Part shown: positions 34,492 through 42,106 of the stretch, in pieces
Position numbering within the stretch: position 1 is the first letter of the stretch
How the letters are laid out: every line of letters starts with the position of its first letter
Source: Patescibacteria group bacterium
GTDB taxonomy: Bacteria; Patescibacteriota; 4484-211
Direction: 5' to 3'
NCBI GenBank assembly: GCA_018818265.1
Contig: JAHISN010000036.1
Span: 1-42,106 of the forward strand
Length of the DNA stretch: 42,106 nucleotides
The notes under the pieces: model-generated
Database searches by the model: none
What the model saw: only the letters and a program-made list of their open reading frames with translations
What the model was told of the DNA's origin: nothing
Program-made: the position numbers and the translations under genes

Positions 34492-36723
34492 TTAACTTCT
34501 CGCTACCACCTCAAAATCTACCATATCTGAATCTCCCCGCCAATTAGCAACTTTTAACTGACACTTCCCTGCCTGTGGAGACCAAACAAACTTAGCCGTT
34601 CGGTCCACCGTTCCGCTACTGCCAAGGGATTGACCATTAAGAAACCACTCAACTGTATCTGGGGACAAAACTTCCGCCCTGAAAATAATTTTCTCGAATT
34701 CGGACAGATCATCTCGATTATTTATCTGAAAAATCTGCCCGTTGTAGGGATAAACTATTTCAACTTCTTGATTTCCAGCAAATTTCTGTTCTTCCTGAAA
34801 TACTTCGTTGTCCCTTGGCTCTGTGCCAGCCAGAAAGAGTTCCGATTTAATATCACTGCAATTTGCGTTTAGACAAACATCCTGATGATAAATACCCTCT
34901 GGTTCATCAAACCAGCCGGCATACCCATTTCTAAGATACATCTCCATTAAATCATTCCAGATAGGAGCGGCTCCTTGTGCCCCAGACAAACCCAACATTG
35001 GCGATTGGTCGGCATTTCCCGCCCACACCCCCACCGCTATTTTAGGCGTATAGCCCAAGGCCCAACTGTCACGAAAATCTTGCGTAGTACCGGTTTTAGC
35101 AGCCGTTTTTTGCGACGTGACCAGAGGATTAATCTCCGGAAAAGCAAATCGGCGAGCTCGGTTATCCGAAAGAACATCAGCAATTAAATAACTTAACTGC
35201 TTGCTGAAAACACCCAGCACTTTCTCCTCGCGAGAAGGTTGATGTTCATAAATAACTTTATCATTTTGAAAAATCTTTTTGATAGCATACGGCTCCACGC
35301 GGGCCAACTCATTAGCCAAAGCGGCATAAACCGATGTCAACTCCAATAAAGTTACTTCGCCCCCGCCCAAAGTAATCGCTAAATCATAACGGTAAGTATC
35401 GGAAAAGCTATTAATCCCCAATACTTTGGCTGTTGCAAAAAAATTATCTAAACCTATTTTATCCAAGAGCTCTACTGCCGGAATATTTAATGAAGAAGCT
35501 AGCGATTCCCGCAAGGTTACCAGACCGCGCTGGCGCTGATCGTAGTCTTCGGGTACATAAACTTTTCCATCATGCGTATAAAAGACCTGCAAGCTGTCAT
35601 GAAGCGGTGAAGACAGTGTAAACCCCTCATCCAGCGCCTTAAGATAAGTTACCGGCTTTATCGCCGAACCCGGCTGACGCAAAGACTGAATTAAGTCAAC
35701 GTCTGTATCTTTCTCCGAAACTGAAACATTGCAGGTATAACCTAAAATTTCACCAGTGACAGGATTAATAGAAACCGCAGAGGCATTATTGACTTCATAA
35801 TCAATAGCAATCTCTTTAAGATTTTCTGTCAGAATGCGCCCGCTTTCCAGCAAAAAGCTCTGATCCAAAGTTGTTTCAATAGTTAATCCGAGAAGAGTTC
35901 CGGCGGCATTAGACGATAAATTTAGAATTTCTTGAACTTCATTAGATAAGTATTGCCGCAAACACTGACTCGCCAGATTTTCGGAAAAAGCGCTGGTAAA
36001 ATGCAATGTTTCCAAATAGGCCAAATTTGCTTCATTCAGAACAAGCGCGCCTGCTTCCACTCCTCGATCAAGAACATACTTTTGACGACTCTTCAGCAAA
36101 TCCAAGTTATTCTCAGGCTCAGAAATTCCGGGGAGATGAAGAAGGGCCAAGAGGGCAGAACCTTCGGCTAAATCCAAATCAGAGGCGGTTTTCGCAAAAT
36201 AGCGTTGGGACGCGGCCTCAATACCATAGGCTAATCGTCCAAAATACATCCGGTTAAAATATTCATACAAAATTCTATCTTTCGACCAGATAGAGTCCAA
36301 GACTACAGCAAAAAGCGACTCAACAGCTTTTTGATACAAAGTTTTTCGGCCCGTGCCCTCACTAAACAAAATGTCGTGTGCTACCTGCTGAGTAATAGTT
36401 GAACCACCGGAAACAACTTTTCCTTCTTTGAAATTTAGATATACCGCGCGGACAATACCCTTTATATCAACCCCCGGGTGGGTATAAAAACCCTCATCTT
36501 CAGCAGAAATCAGTAATTGAGGCAGAAACGCAGGCAATTTTGTTAATTCCAGTGGATACCTAAATCCCTTATTAGTAATTCGGGAAAACAGACTTTGTCC
36601 ATTCCGATCCGTAAAAACCGGAGAAGCTTGAGTTTCAAAATCTATACGCGACCAGAGGAGAAAGATACCAGTAACTAGGAGAATAATTAGAATTAGAAAG
36701 TAATATTTCACTATATCAAGCAA
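34492..36723 (-). CDS. pbpC: Penicillin-binding protein 1C (bifunctional GT51 transglycosylase / transpeptidase)
   Basis: GT51 motifs SAEDEGFYTHPGVD and GGSTITQQV. Transpeptidase motifs SAIK (SxxK), SLN and KTGTT. C-terminal PbpC-type beta domain. Confidence 0.85.
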   Translation of the reverse strand: MLDIVKYYFLILIILLVTGIFLLWSRIDFETQASPVFTDRNGQSLFSRITNKGFRYPLELTKLPAFLPQLLISAEDEGFYTHPGVDIKGIVRAVYLNFKEGKVVSGGSTITQQVAHDILFSEGTGRKTLYQKAVESLFAVVLDSIWSKDRILYEYFNRMYFGRLAYGIEAASQRYFAKTASDLDLAEGSALLALLHLPGISEPENNLDLLKSRQKYVLDRGVEAGALVLNEANLAYLETLHFTSAFSENLASQCLRQYLSNEVQEILNLSSNAAGTLLGLTIETTLDQSFLLESGRILTENLKEIAIDYEVNNASAVSINPVTGEILGYTCNVSVSEKDTDVDLIQSLRQPGSAIKPVTYLKALDEGFTLSSPLHDSLQVFYTHDGKVYVPEDYDQRQRGLVTLRESLASSLNIPAVELLDKIGLDNFFATAKVLGINSFSDTYRYDLAITLGGGEVTLLELTSVYAALANELARVEPYAIKKIFQNDKVIYEHQPSREEKVLGVFSKQLSYLIADVLSDNRARRFAFPEINPLVTSQKTAAKTGTTQDFRDSWALGYTPKIAVGVWAGNADQSPMLGLSGAQGAAPIWNDLMEMYLRNGYAGWFDEPEGIYHQDVCLNANCSDIKSELFLAGTEPRDNEVFQEEQKFAGNQEVEIVYPYNGQIFQINNRDDLSEFEKIIFRAEVLSPDTVEWFLNGQSLGSSGTVDRTAKFVWSPQAGKCQLKVANWRGDSDMVDFEVVARS

Positions 36724-36755
36724 TTAAACAAACAAGAAATCGAGAGACAAGGCGA

Positions 36756-36844
36756 CTGAGCGATTGAGTAATCAAGCAATCTAGTGCTCTAGTGACCGAG
36801 CGATTGGTCGCTCAGTACCTCAATCGCTCTGTACCTTGATCGCT
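36756..36844. repeat. Alliterative direct and inverted word repeats (gagcgattg / caatcgctc; gtacctYRatcgct x2)
   Basis: ctgagcgattgag (36756-36768), ccgagcgattgg (36796-36807), tcgctcag (36808-36815), cctcaatcgctc (36818-36829). Tandem gtacctcaatcgct / gtaccttgatcgct. Confidence 0.75.
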
Positions 36845-36849
36845 TACGC

Positions 36850-38175
36850 TCACTTCTTCCTCTTCTTCTCCATTCCATAAAAGCGGGTGCGGTCGCCGCG
36901 GAAAATTAAATCAATTTCACCAGTGGGGCCGTTGCGGTGCTTGGCGACGAAAAGCTTGATATGCTCACCTGCTTTAGACTTTTGCTCTTCTTCGTCTTCA
37001 ACCCGATATAAAAACATGACTACATCGGCATCCTGTTCAATACTGCCGGAATCACGCAGGTCGGAAAGCTGAGGCTTATTGCCTCCACGAGACTCCACGG
37101 CACGAGAAAGCTGGGACAAAGCCAATACCGGACACTTAAGCTCCCTCGCCAAGTTTTTAAGCCCCTGAGAAATCTCCGAAACCTCCTGGACACGGTTTTC
37201 CAAATTACGCGACACCGCCAACTGCATATAATCAACGACAATGAGCTTGACCTCATGCTCCAACTGCAACCGGCGCGCCTTAGTACGCATTTCGATTATT
37301 TTTTGCCCCGGTGTGTCGTCTATAAAAAGCGGCGCATCGCCCAAGATACCATAAGCATCGCCCAGCTTTTTAAAATCATCGTCAGACAAATTACCTGTAG
37401 TAATTTTCCACGAATCCACGTCTGCTTGTGAAGCTAAAAGTCTATCCACTAACTCTTCTTTAGATGATTCCAACGAAAAAAACCCGACTGGGATTTTCTC
37501 GCGCACTGTTATATATTGAATAATATTTAAGGCGAGGCTTGTTTTACCAATCGAGGGTCTTGCCGCCAGTACAACCAAATTGCCATCTTGCAAACCAGCA
37601 AGAACATTATCAATATCCCGAAATCCCGTAGGCAGGCCGCGAAATTTCTTTTTCTTTTTGTGCAGTTCTTCCAATCGGTCAAACGAATCCACCAATGTAT
37701 CTTTGACTAAAACAAACTTTCGGGTAAGATGTCTCTGCGAAATGGCAAAGATCTCCTGCTCAGCTTCACTAAGAACCTCACCAACTGACAACTCACCACT
37801 GTAAGCCTTTTCTGTTAAATTAGTAGCCGAAGAAATCAAGCGTCGTCGGATAGAACAGTCTTTAACAATTTGCGCGTATGATTCGACGTGTGCCGCCGTT
37901 GGCACCATATTGACTAAAGCCGCCAGATAAGCATCGCCGCCAATGTCTTTGAGTTTCTTTCGGTCTTTAAGTTCGTCGGAAACAGTCACCACATCAGCCG
38001 GCTCGTGTCTTTCGTAGAGATTGAGAATTGAAAGATAGATCTCCTGATGATTGCCACGATAAAAATCTTGAGGTTTAATCTTCTCGGCAATCTGAATGAT
38101 CGCATCCTTATCAATCAGTAAAGCTCCGAGGACCGACTGTTCGGCATCAAAATTGTGGGGAGGAGTTTTGATCAT
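36850..38175 (-). CDS. dnaB: Replicative DNA helicase DnaB
   Basis: PPHNFDAEQSVLGALL N-terminal motif, Walker A ARPSIGKTS, and RecA-like C-terminal motifs (VVDYMQL, SQLSR). Confidence 0.95.
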   Translation of the reverse strand: MIKTPPHNFDAEQSVLGALLIDKDAIIQIAEKIKPQDFYRGNHQEIYLSILNLYERHEPADVVTVSDELKDRKKLKDIGGDAYLAALVNMVPTAAHVESYAQIVKDCSIRRRLISSATNLTEKAYSGELSVGEVLSEAEQEIFAISQRHLTRKFVLVKDTLVDSFDRLEELHKKKKKFRGLPTGFRDIDNVLAGLQDGNLVVLAARPSIGKTSLALNIIQYITVREKIPVGFFSLESSKEELVDRLLASQADVDSWKITTGNLSDDDFKKLGDAYGILGDAPLFIDDTPGQKIIEMRTKARRLQLEHEVKLIVVDYMQLAVSRNLENRVQEVSEISQGLKNLARELKCPVLALSQLSRAVESRGGNKPQLSDLRDSGSIEQDADVVMFLYRVEDEEEQKSKAGEHIKLFVAKHRNGPTGEIDLIFRGDRTRFYGMEKKRKK

Positions 38176-38176
38176 A

Positions 38177-38218
38177 GTTAAAAGTGAAAAGTTAAAAGTG
38201 AAAAGTTAGAAAATTCAC
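38177..38218. repeat. Tandem 14-mers gttaaaagtgaaaa (about 3 units); left inverted-repeat arm of the four-helix-bundle cassette
   Basis: Units at 38177, 38191 and 38205 (the last degenerate). The 16-mer ttaaaagtgaaaagtt (38178-38193) recurs as a reverse complement at 38701-38716. Confidence 0.85.
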
Positions 38219-38251
38219 AATTAGCAATCCCTAGTACTAAACTAGAGAATC

Positions 38252-38626
38252 TCACTCGGGTTTCTTCTTGCCCCTGAGGGAAGCTGTGCTGGAACCCAAA
38301 ATTTTAGATATCTCCGTTACCTCATTAAGTAGAGGATTAATAACCTCAGCAGGAACTTTATTCGAATCTCTAAGAAGCCCGAGCCAAAATCTAGTTTCGT
38401 TAGCGGATTTCAAAGCATACAAGAGAAAATTAATAAAGTCTTTTGTAGAACAAGCCGCTTGCGCCTCCACAATATTAGCCCCAACACTACAAGCGCAACG
38501 CAAAAGCTGGTCGCCAAGTGTCCAAAAGACTCGCCGATTCGGGAAATTATCTACCAGCTTAATAACCTCCAAGGAAAAATTGTAACATCGCTTAATTAAC
38601 TTGCGAGCAAATTCCTTATTGTTCAT
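38252..38626 (-). CDS. Four-helix-bundle protein (23S rRNA intervening-sequence protein family, TIGR02436-like)
   Basis: FARKLIKRCYNFSLEVIKLVDNFP...GDQLLRCACSVGANIVEAQ...FINFLLYALKSANETRFWL is the characteristic pattern. Confidence 0.8.
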   Translation of the reverse strand: MNNKEFARKLIKRCYNFSLEVIKLVDNFPNRRVFWTLGDQLLRCACSVGANIVEAQAACSTKDFINFLLYALKSANETRFWLGLLRDSNKVPAEVINPLLNEVTEISKILGSSTASLRGKKKPE

Positions 38627-38690
38627 GTCGAATGAGTAACTCTAATATGTATATTTCCCTACTTTTCACTTCTAATTGTGTCAGATGCGA

Positions 38691-38724
38691 CCTCACTTTA
38701 AACTTTTCACTTTTAACTTTTAAC
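38691..38724. repeat. Right inverted-repeat arm of the four-helix-bundle cassette
   Basis: cctcactttaaacttttcacttttaacttttaac. Overlaps the last codons (VKS-stop) of the MBL-fold gene. Confidence 0.8.
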
Positions 38725-39351
38725 TATGTAGACCTCAGTTTCCTCCGGTAGCTGCCCCTTCTGACTCAACTTCAGTTCTCCCACTCGCTTCACTTCTCCT
38801 CCCATCTCCTCCAAAAATTTATCCACGGGGTCAATTTCGGAAATTTTCACCCCTTCAACTTGATAATGGGAAGGAATAACAATAGACGGTTGCAGCTGAG
38901 CAACCACTTCGGCGGCAGTCTCATAATTAATTGTGTATTTCCCGCCCACAGGAAGGATTAGTACATCAATTGAACCCAAATCTTCCACTTGCTCCTGAGT
39001 TAACTTGTGACCCAAATCTCCCAGGTACGCCACGCTGAACTCCTCCAGTTCAATGCGATACATAGTATTAAACCCACGTTCTTGACCCTGCTTATCATCA
39101 TGATATGACAACATTCCAAAAATACGCACCCCGCCAACTTCATATTCTCCCGGAGAGCCAATTACCAATCGCGCACCTTTCACACCTGCAACATAATTAT
39201 GATCTTTGTGCTGATGAGAAACACAAACTACATCCGCCTCCTGATTCTTCCATGGCAAACCCACAATCTGCGGGTCAAAGGGATCAACAATTAAAGTTAT
39301 TCCTTCACCTGCTATTTTGAAACTGGCCCAGCCGAGATAAGATATTTGCAT
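38713..39351 (-). CDS. MBL-fold metal-dependent hydrolase (UPF0173-like)
   Basis: VSHQHKDHN (HxHxDH). 212 aa. Beta-lactamase-fold pattern. Confidence 0.85.
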   Translation of the reverse strand: MQISYLGWASFKIAGEGITLIVDPFDPQIVGLPWKNQEADVVCVSHQHKDHNYVAGVKGARLVIGSPGEYEVGGVRIFGMLSYHDDKQGQERGFNTMYRIELEEFSVAYLGDLGHKLTQEQVEDLGSIDVLILPVGGKYTINYETAAEVVAQLQPSIVIPSHYQVEGVKISEIDPVDKFLEEMGGEVKRVGELKLSQKGQLPEETEVYIVKS

Positions 39352-39398
39352 ATTCGCAGTTTAACAAATTTAGGAGAAATTTTGAAGAGGAAAAAAAA

Positions 39399-39620
39399 TC
39401 ACAATCTCTCAAATTCCTTCCGCGACACACCCATTTGTCTGATGATATTACGTAACGTTCCCACTCTTACTTCGCGGTGATGAGGAATCACACAGGTTTT
39501 TCTCGTTTCCTCGTTCCACCAAATTTCATGAGAACCTGACGTCTTTCTACGCAAAACAAAACCAGCCTTGCGTACTTTTTTAATAACTTCACGATAAGAT
39601 AAAAGTTTTAATTTACTCAT
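39399..39620 (-). CDS. hicA: HicA mRNA-interferase toxin
   Basis: 73 aa. REVIKKVRKAGFVLRRKTSGSHEIW pattern. ATGA overlap with hicB. Confidence 0.85.
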   Translation of the reverse strand: MSKLKLLSYREVIKKVRKAGFVLRRKTSGSHEIWWNEETRKTCVIPHHREVRVGTLRNIIRQMGVSRKEFERL

Positions 39621-39898
39621 ACGGAGACAAAAAGGGGAAATTTAATTACCTCTTTTTTCCGTAATGAGACTATATTCCTACGAACAGGCAGAGGGATAAC
39701 AATGGCCTCTTCCTCATATAACTCCACCAGGCTAGCCGCAACCGCAACAGCCTCATTGACCACTTCATCCACCGTATCCCCCTGTGCATAACAATCAGGC
39801 CACTCCGGACACGCCGCAACAAAAGTACCACCATCCTCTTGCTCAATAACTAAAGGCAATTCGTATTCTTTTATTTTGACACTTTTTTTTACTGCCAT
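39617..39898 (-). CDS. hicB: HicB-family antitoxin
   Basis: EQEDGGTFVAACPEWPDCYAQGDTVDEVVNEA (UPF0150/HicB fold pattern). Confidence 0.8.
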   Translation of the reverse strand: MAVKKSVKIKEYELPLVIEQEDGGTFVAACPEWPDCYAQGDTVDEVVNEAVAVAASLVELYEEEAIVIPLPVRRNIVSLRKKEVIKFPLFVSV

Positions 39899-39925
39899 TA
39901 TGAATTCATCTTACATCAAAGCGCA

Positions 39926-41221
39926 CTAAATATCAACTTCTTCCTGCTTCCCCGTCTTCATGTCTTTCACCACATAAATACCTTTCGACTTCTCTTCCTC
40001 ACCAAAAATTAACACCTTATCAAACTCCTTCTTATCAGCGTAAGATAGCGCCGAACGTAATCTTTCTACTTTGAGCCCTGTCTCCACAATTTGTTCTTTT
40101 TGGCGCAGACTACGAGCAATTTTTAACACCTGCGGCAAAAATGACTCGTCCAAAAGCGGAATAAATACCCGCTCGGCTGAACTTTCAATTTGCAGCTTAT
40201 CAATCAATCCCCACTCTTCCAAAAACAATTTAATCGTCTCATCTCCCGGAGCACAACCAACCGCTGGAAACGGATCCGCGCCGAATAAACCCGCCAGAGC
40301 GTTATAACGCCCGCCGCCAAAAAGCGAACGATTGTTCTTGGAACTTTTGTCGAAAACCTCAAAAACCATCCCATCGTAATAATCAAAACCGCGAATTAAG
40401 CTGGGTTTAAACTCCAGCCAGTCGGCATAGCCTAATTGGGCGAAATTAGACATAATAGGGTGAATTGACTGGTCCAAAATATCCTGCGCCTCACCCAACC
40501 CTAATCTCTCAAATACACCCTCGTTCGATTCCACCTTCATTAACCCTATTAACTGACCTATCTGGTCATCATTAACACCCTGTGCTGTTAACATTTCTCC
40601 AAACTTCTTCCCCTCCATTTTGTCCCACTTATCCAAAAGCCGCACCAGTTTAATTTTGTCATCTTCACTTTTAACCCCGATTGACTCCAAAACCGCATTA
40701 ATTAATCGCCGGTCATTAACATAAATCACAAAAGAATCTTTCGGCGGATTAAATGCCAGCATGATTTCCAGAGCAATCTGAATCACCTCGATGTCAGCAT
40801 TAATTGATTCTTCGCCGAAAATATCGTAATTTAACTGCCAAAACTCACGGTTCCGGCCGCGTTGGGGCTTTTCGTTACGGAAAAAGTTAGCAATACTGAA
40901 CAAACGAATCGGCTTAGTTTGCGCCACATAATCCTTGGAAACCATGCGGGTTACCGAAGGGGTCATCTCGGGACGGATAGCCAGTTGTATATCACCGCGC
41001 TTTTCCAAAAGCGCCAGCTCTTTACCCCCCACATCCTCGCCAGACTTAGCCCGATACAAATCGGCATCTTCAACTAGAGGCGTAAGATACTCCTCGTACC
41101 CAAACCGAGTACACACCCTGCGCCAGGTATCAAAAATGTGCTTGCGGACTTTATATTCCTCCGGCGGCCAGTCATAAGTCCCGCGGGGGGGCTGGGTGGA
41201 AAGAGTTTGTTTTGCGGTCAT
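39926..41221 (-). CDS. hisS: Histidine--tRNA ligase
   Basis: PRGTYDW, RPEMTPSVTRMV, FRNEKPQRGRNREFWQ (motif 2), GGGRYNAL (motif 3). Start set at MTAKQ, because an extended -10 lies inside the longer ORF. Confidence 0.9.
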   Translation of the reverse strand: MTAKQTLSTQPPRGTYDWPPEEYKVRKHIFDTWRRVCTRFGYEEYLTPLVEDADLYRAKSGEDVGGKELALLEKRGDIQLAIRPEMTPSVTRMVSKDYVAQTKPIRLFSIANFFRNEKPQRGRNREFWQLNYDIFGEESINADIEVIQIALEIMLAFNPPKDSFVIYVNDRRLINAVLESIGVKSEDDKIKLVRLLDKWDKMEGKKFGEMLTAQGVNDDQIGQLIGLMKVESNEGVFERLGLGEAQDILDQSIHPIMSNFAQLGYADWLEFKPSLIRGFDYYDGMVFEVFDKSSKNNRSLFGGGRYNALAGLFGADPFPAVGCAPGDETIKLFLEEWGLIDKLQIESSAERVFIPLLDESFLPQVLKIARSLRQKEQIVETGLKVERLRSALSYADKKEFDKVLIFGEEEKSKGIYVVKDMKTGKQEEVDI

Positions 41222-41227
41222 GAGGAA

Positions 41228-41236
41228 ATTATAACA
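41228..41236 (-). promoter_or_regulatory. Extended -10 (TGTTATAAT), 6 nt upstream of the hisS ATG
   Basis: Minus strand reads tgttataatttcctcATG. No good -35 was seen. Confidence 0.45.
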
Positions 41237-41326
41237 GTATTTGTTGACCAATGCAGAAAAGGAGTTATTTACCGGTGATAATTAAATGAAGGGGAAGGCA
41301 AGAGAAGCCGTGATCGTAATCCTCAT

Positions 41327-41494
41327 CTGTAGTAGCAGAATTCATTCTGCGCCTGTCTGTCACATTTGACCCCACCTGACAGAGTTGTAGCCCCCTCCGG
41401 AGGGACCAGAGCACGCAACCAGCCTCGCCTAGCCCATCTCGACTCGTCGAGGACGAGGAGGGCGAGTCTAGGCGGGTAAATTGCGCTACTACAA
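41327..41494. other. GC-rich composite multi-hairpin element upstream of hisS
   Basis: Closing stem ctgtagtagc / gctactacaa. Hairpins gcagaat-tc-attctgc and tctgtca...tgacaga (with cccacctgac in and next to the loop). Palindrome ccctccggaggg, and ctcgac-tc-gtcgag. Contains the 41417-41476 module related to 719-781. Confidence 0.6.
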
Positions 41495-41530
41495 TCGAGA
41501 AATTGAATTACCCTCTCATTAGGTTATTCA

Positions 41531-41572
41531 CCCCCCAAAAAAGAAAAAGGGTCGGGCGTTCTGCCCGACCCC
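41531..41572 (-). terminator. Rho-independent terminator (minus strand)
   Basis: gggtcgggc / gcccgaccc stem. The minus strand then continues ttttctttttt. Confidence 0.75.
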
Positions 41573-41598
41573 TGCAATTTGGCCTCCTTTCGGTGTCC

Positions 41599-41871
41599 TT
41601 ACACTATGAGAACAACCGACCCGGCAGGAACATTGCCTGCAATCCGTTCGTAAAGAGTCGCCATAGGTTCCGGAGCCACACGCGCGACAACACTGCCGCC
41701 GACATACTTGCTAATCACATACAACGGAATAATACCCCGACGCTTAGCCAAGTGAGTAGCTCTGGCCAGTATTTGCGTGACTAGCCGGTTGCCAAGGTGG
41801 CCAGCACCACTCGGGTAAACTTGTTTCAGCACGCCTTTGCCCCACAGGTATACCTTTGTCACTTCTGCCAC
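41599..41871 (-). CDS. Hypothetical protein (90 aa, GTG start)
   Basis: AGGAGGAG SD 4 nt upstream of the GTG at 41871. The longer ORF (to 41931) begins directly after a TTGACA-17-GATAAT promoter and so is unlikely to be translated from there. Confidence 0.55.
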   Translation of the reverse strand: MAEVTKVYLWGKGVLKQVYPSGAGHLGNRLVTQILARATHLAKRRGIIPLYVISKYVGGSVVARVAPEPMATLYERIAGNVPAGSVVLIV

Positions 41872-42076
41872 TATACTCCTCCTAGTTTTCAATACTTCAT
41901 ACCAGTACTTTTTCTCAAATACTTCGCCCACATTATCCCATAAGCTCGGGCTCCTGTCAATCTCATGTATTATGCCATAGAAATATTCCTCAAGAGAGGT
42001 CTTGTTAGGCCAAAATGGGAATTCCTCGAAATGTTAGAGTACATCACGCTCTTTTGAGCCGAAAGGGGGTGATGAA

Positions 42077-42106
42077 ATGAATCATTTCGAGATGGAATTA
42101 ACACAA
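42077..42106 (+). CDS. 5' end of an unidentified CDS running off the window
   Basis: GGGGGTGA SD 5 nt upstream of ATG. Only MNHFEMELTQ is visible. Confidence 0.35.
   Translation, partial: MNHFEMELTQ

Noticed and set aside
23076-41219. 17-bp direct repeats as att sites of an 18-kb integrated island
   Set aside because: The enclosed segment contains core genes (dnaB, hisS, pbpC). It has no integrase or recombinase, and its composition is host-like apart from the 1-kb G+C-rich gene.
41237-41500. T-box leader regulating hisS
   Set aside because: The best -10 sits 6 nt from the ATG, so the structured element would lie upstream of the transcript. No T-box consensus or specifier-loop arrangement was seen.
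41872-41931. Upstream 20 codons of the 110-aa ORF 41599..41931
   Set aside because: The GTG at 41931 directly abuts the -10 of a TTGACA-17-GATAAT promoter, so it would not be in the mRNA. An AGGAGG SD precedes the GTG at 41871.
1-42106. tRNA, rRNA, tmRNA and RNase P genes
   Set aside because: A visual scan of the intergenic regions for T-loop (GTTCRAnnC) and acceptor-stem patterns found nothing convincing. A tRNAscan/Infernal run is needed to be certain.

Overview
This is a gene-dense, low-GC bacterial chromosome segment. Hand counts of typical 60-nt lines give about 35-45% G+C. The many small secreted or membrane hypotheticals, the four-helix-bundle cassette, the TA modules and the lack of biosynthetic genes suggest a small-genome Patescibacteria/CPR-like organism, but that is inference only. 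All calls come from reading motifs in the supplied translations and sequence; no database search was run.

Content:
- Housekeeping genes: typA, truB, a dus-family gene, hisS, dnaB, acylphosphatase, rubrerythrin.
- Envelope genes: a MacB-type ABC pair, a processive GT2, a 920-aa GT4-phosphodiesterase fusion followed by a DedA/VTT protein, and PBP1C next to a 2064-aa thioester alpha-2-macroglobulin.
- Three type II TA loci: vapBC, hicBA, and a brnA-like antitoxin split at an A10 run.
- I recognised no rRNA, tRNA, CRISPR array, transposase or integrase.

Most unusual observations:
1. The 22.9-27.4 kb interval is packed with modular GC-rich multi-hairpin elements. They are interleaved with a G+C-rich orphan gene for an Arg-rich helical protein, DUF134, DUF5320 (behind a roughly 200-nt four-hairpin leader) and a 90-aa basic protein.
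2. Three families of dispersed intergenic repeat modules are shared between distant loci.
3. Alliterative tandem-word repeats occur, including an inverted-repeat-flanked four-helix-bundle cassette.
4. Several near-consensus promoters sit 6-9 nt from start codons, which suggests leaderless mRNAs.
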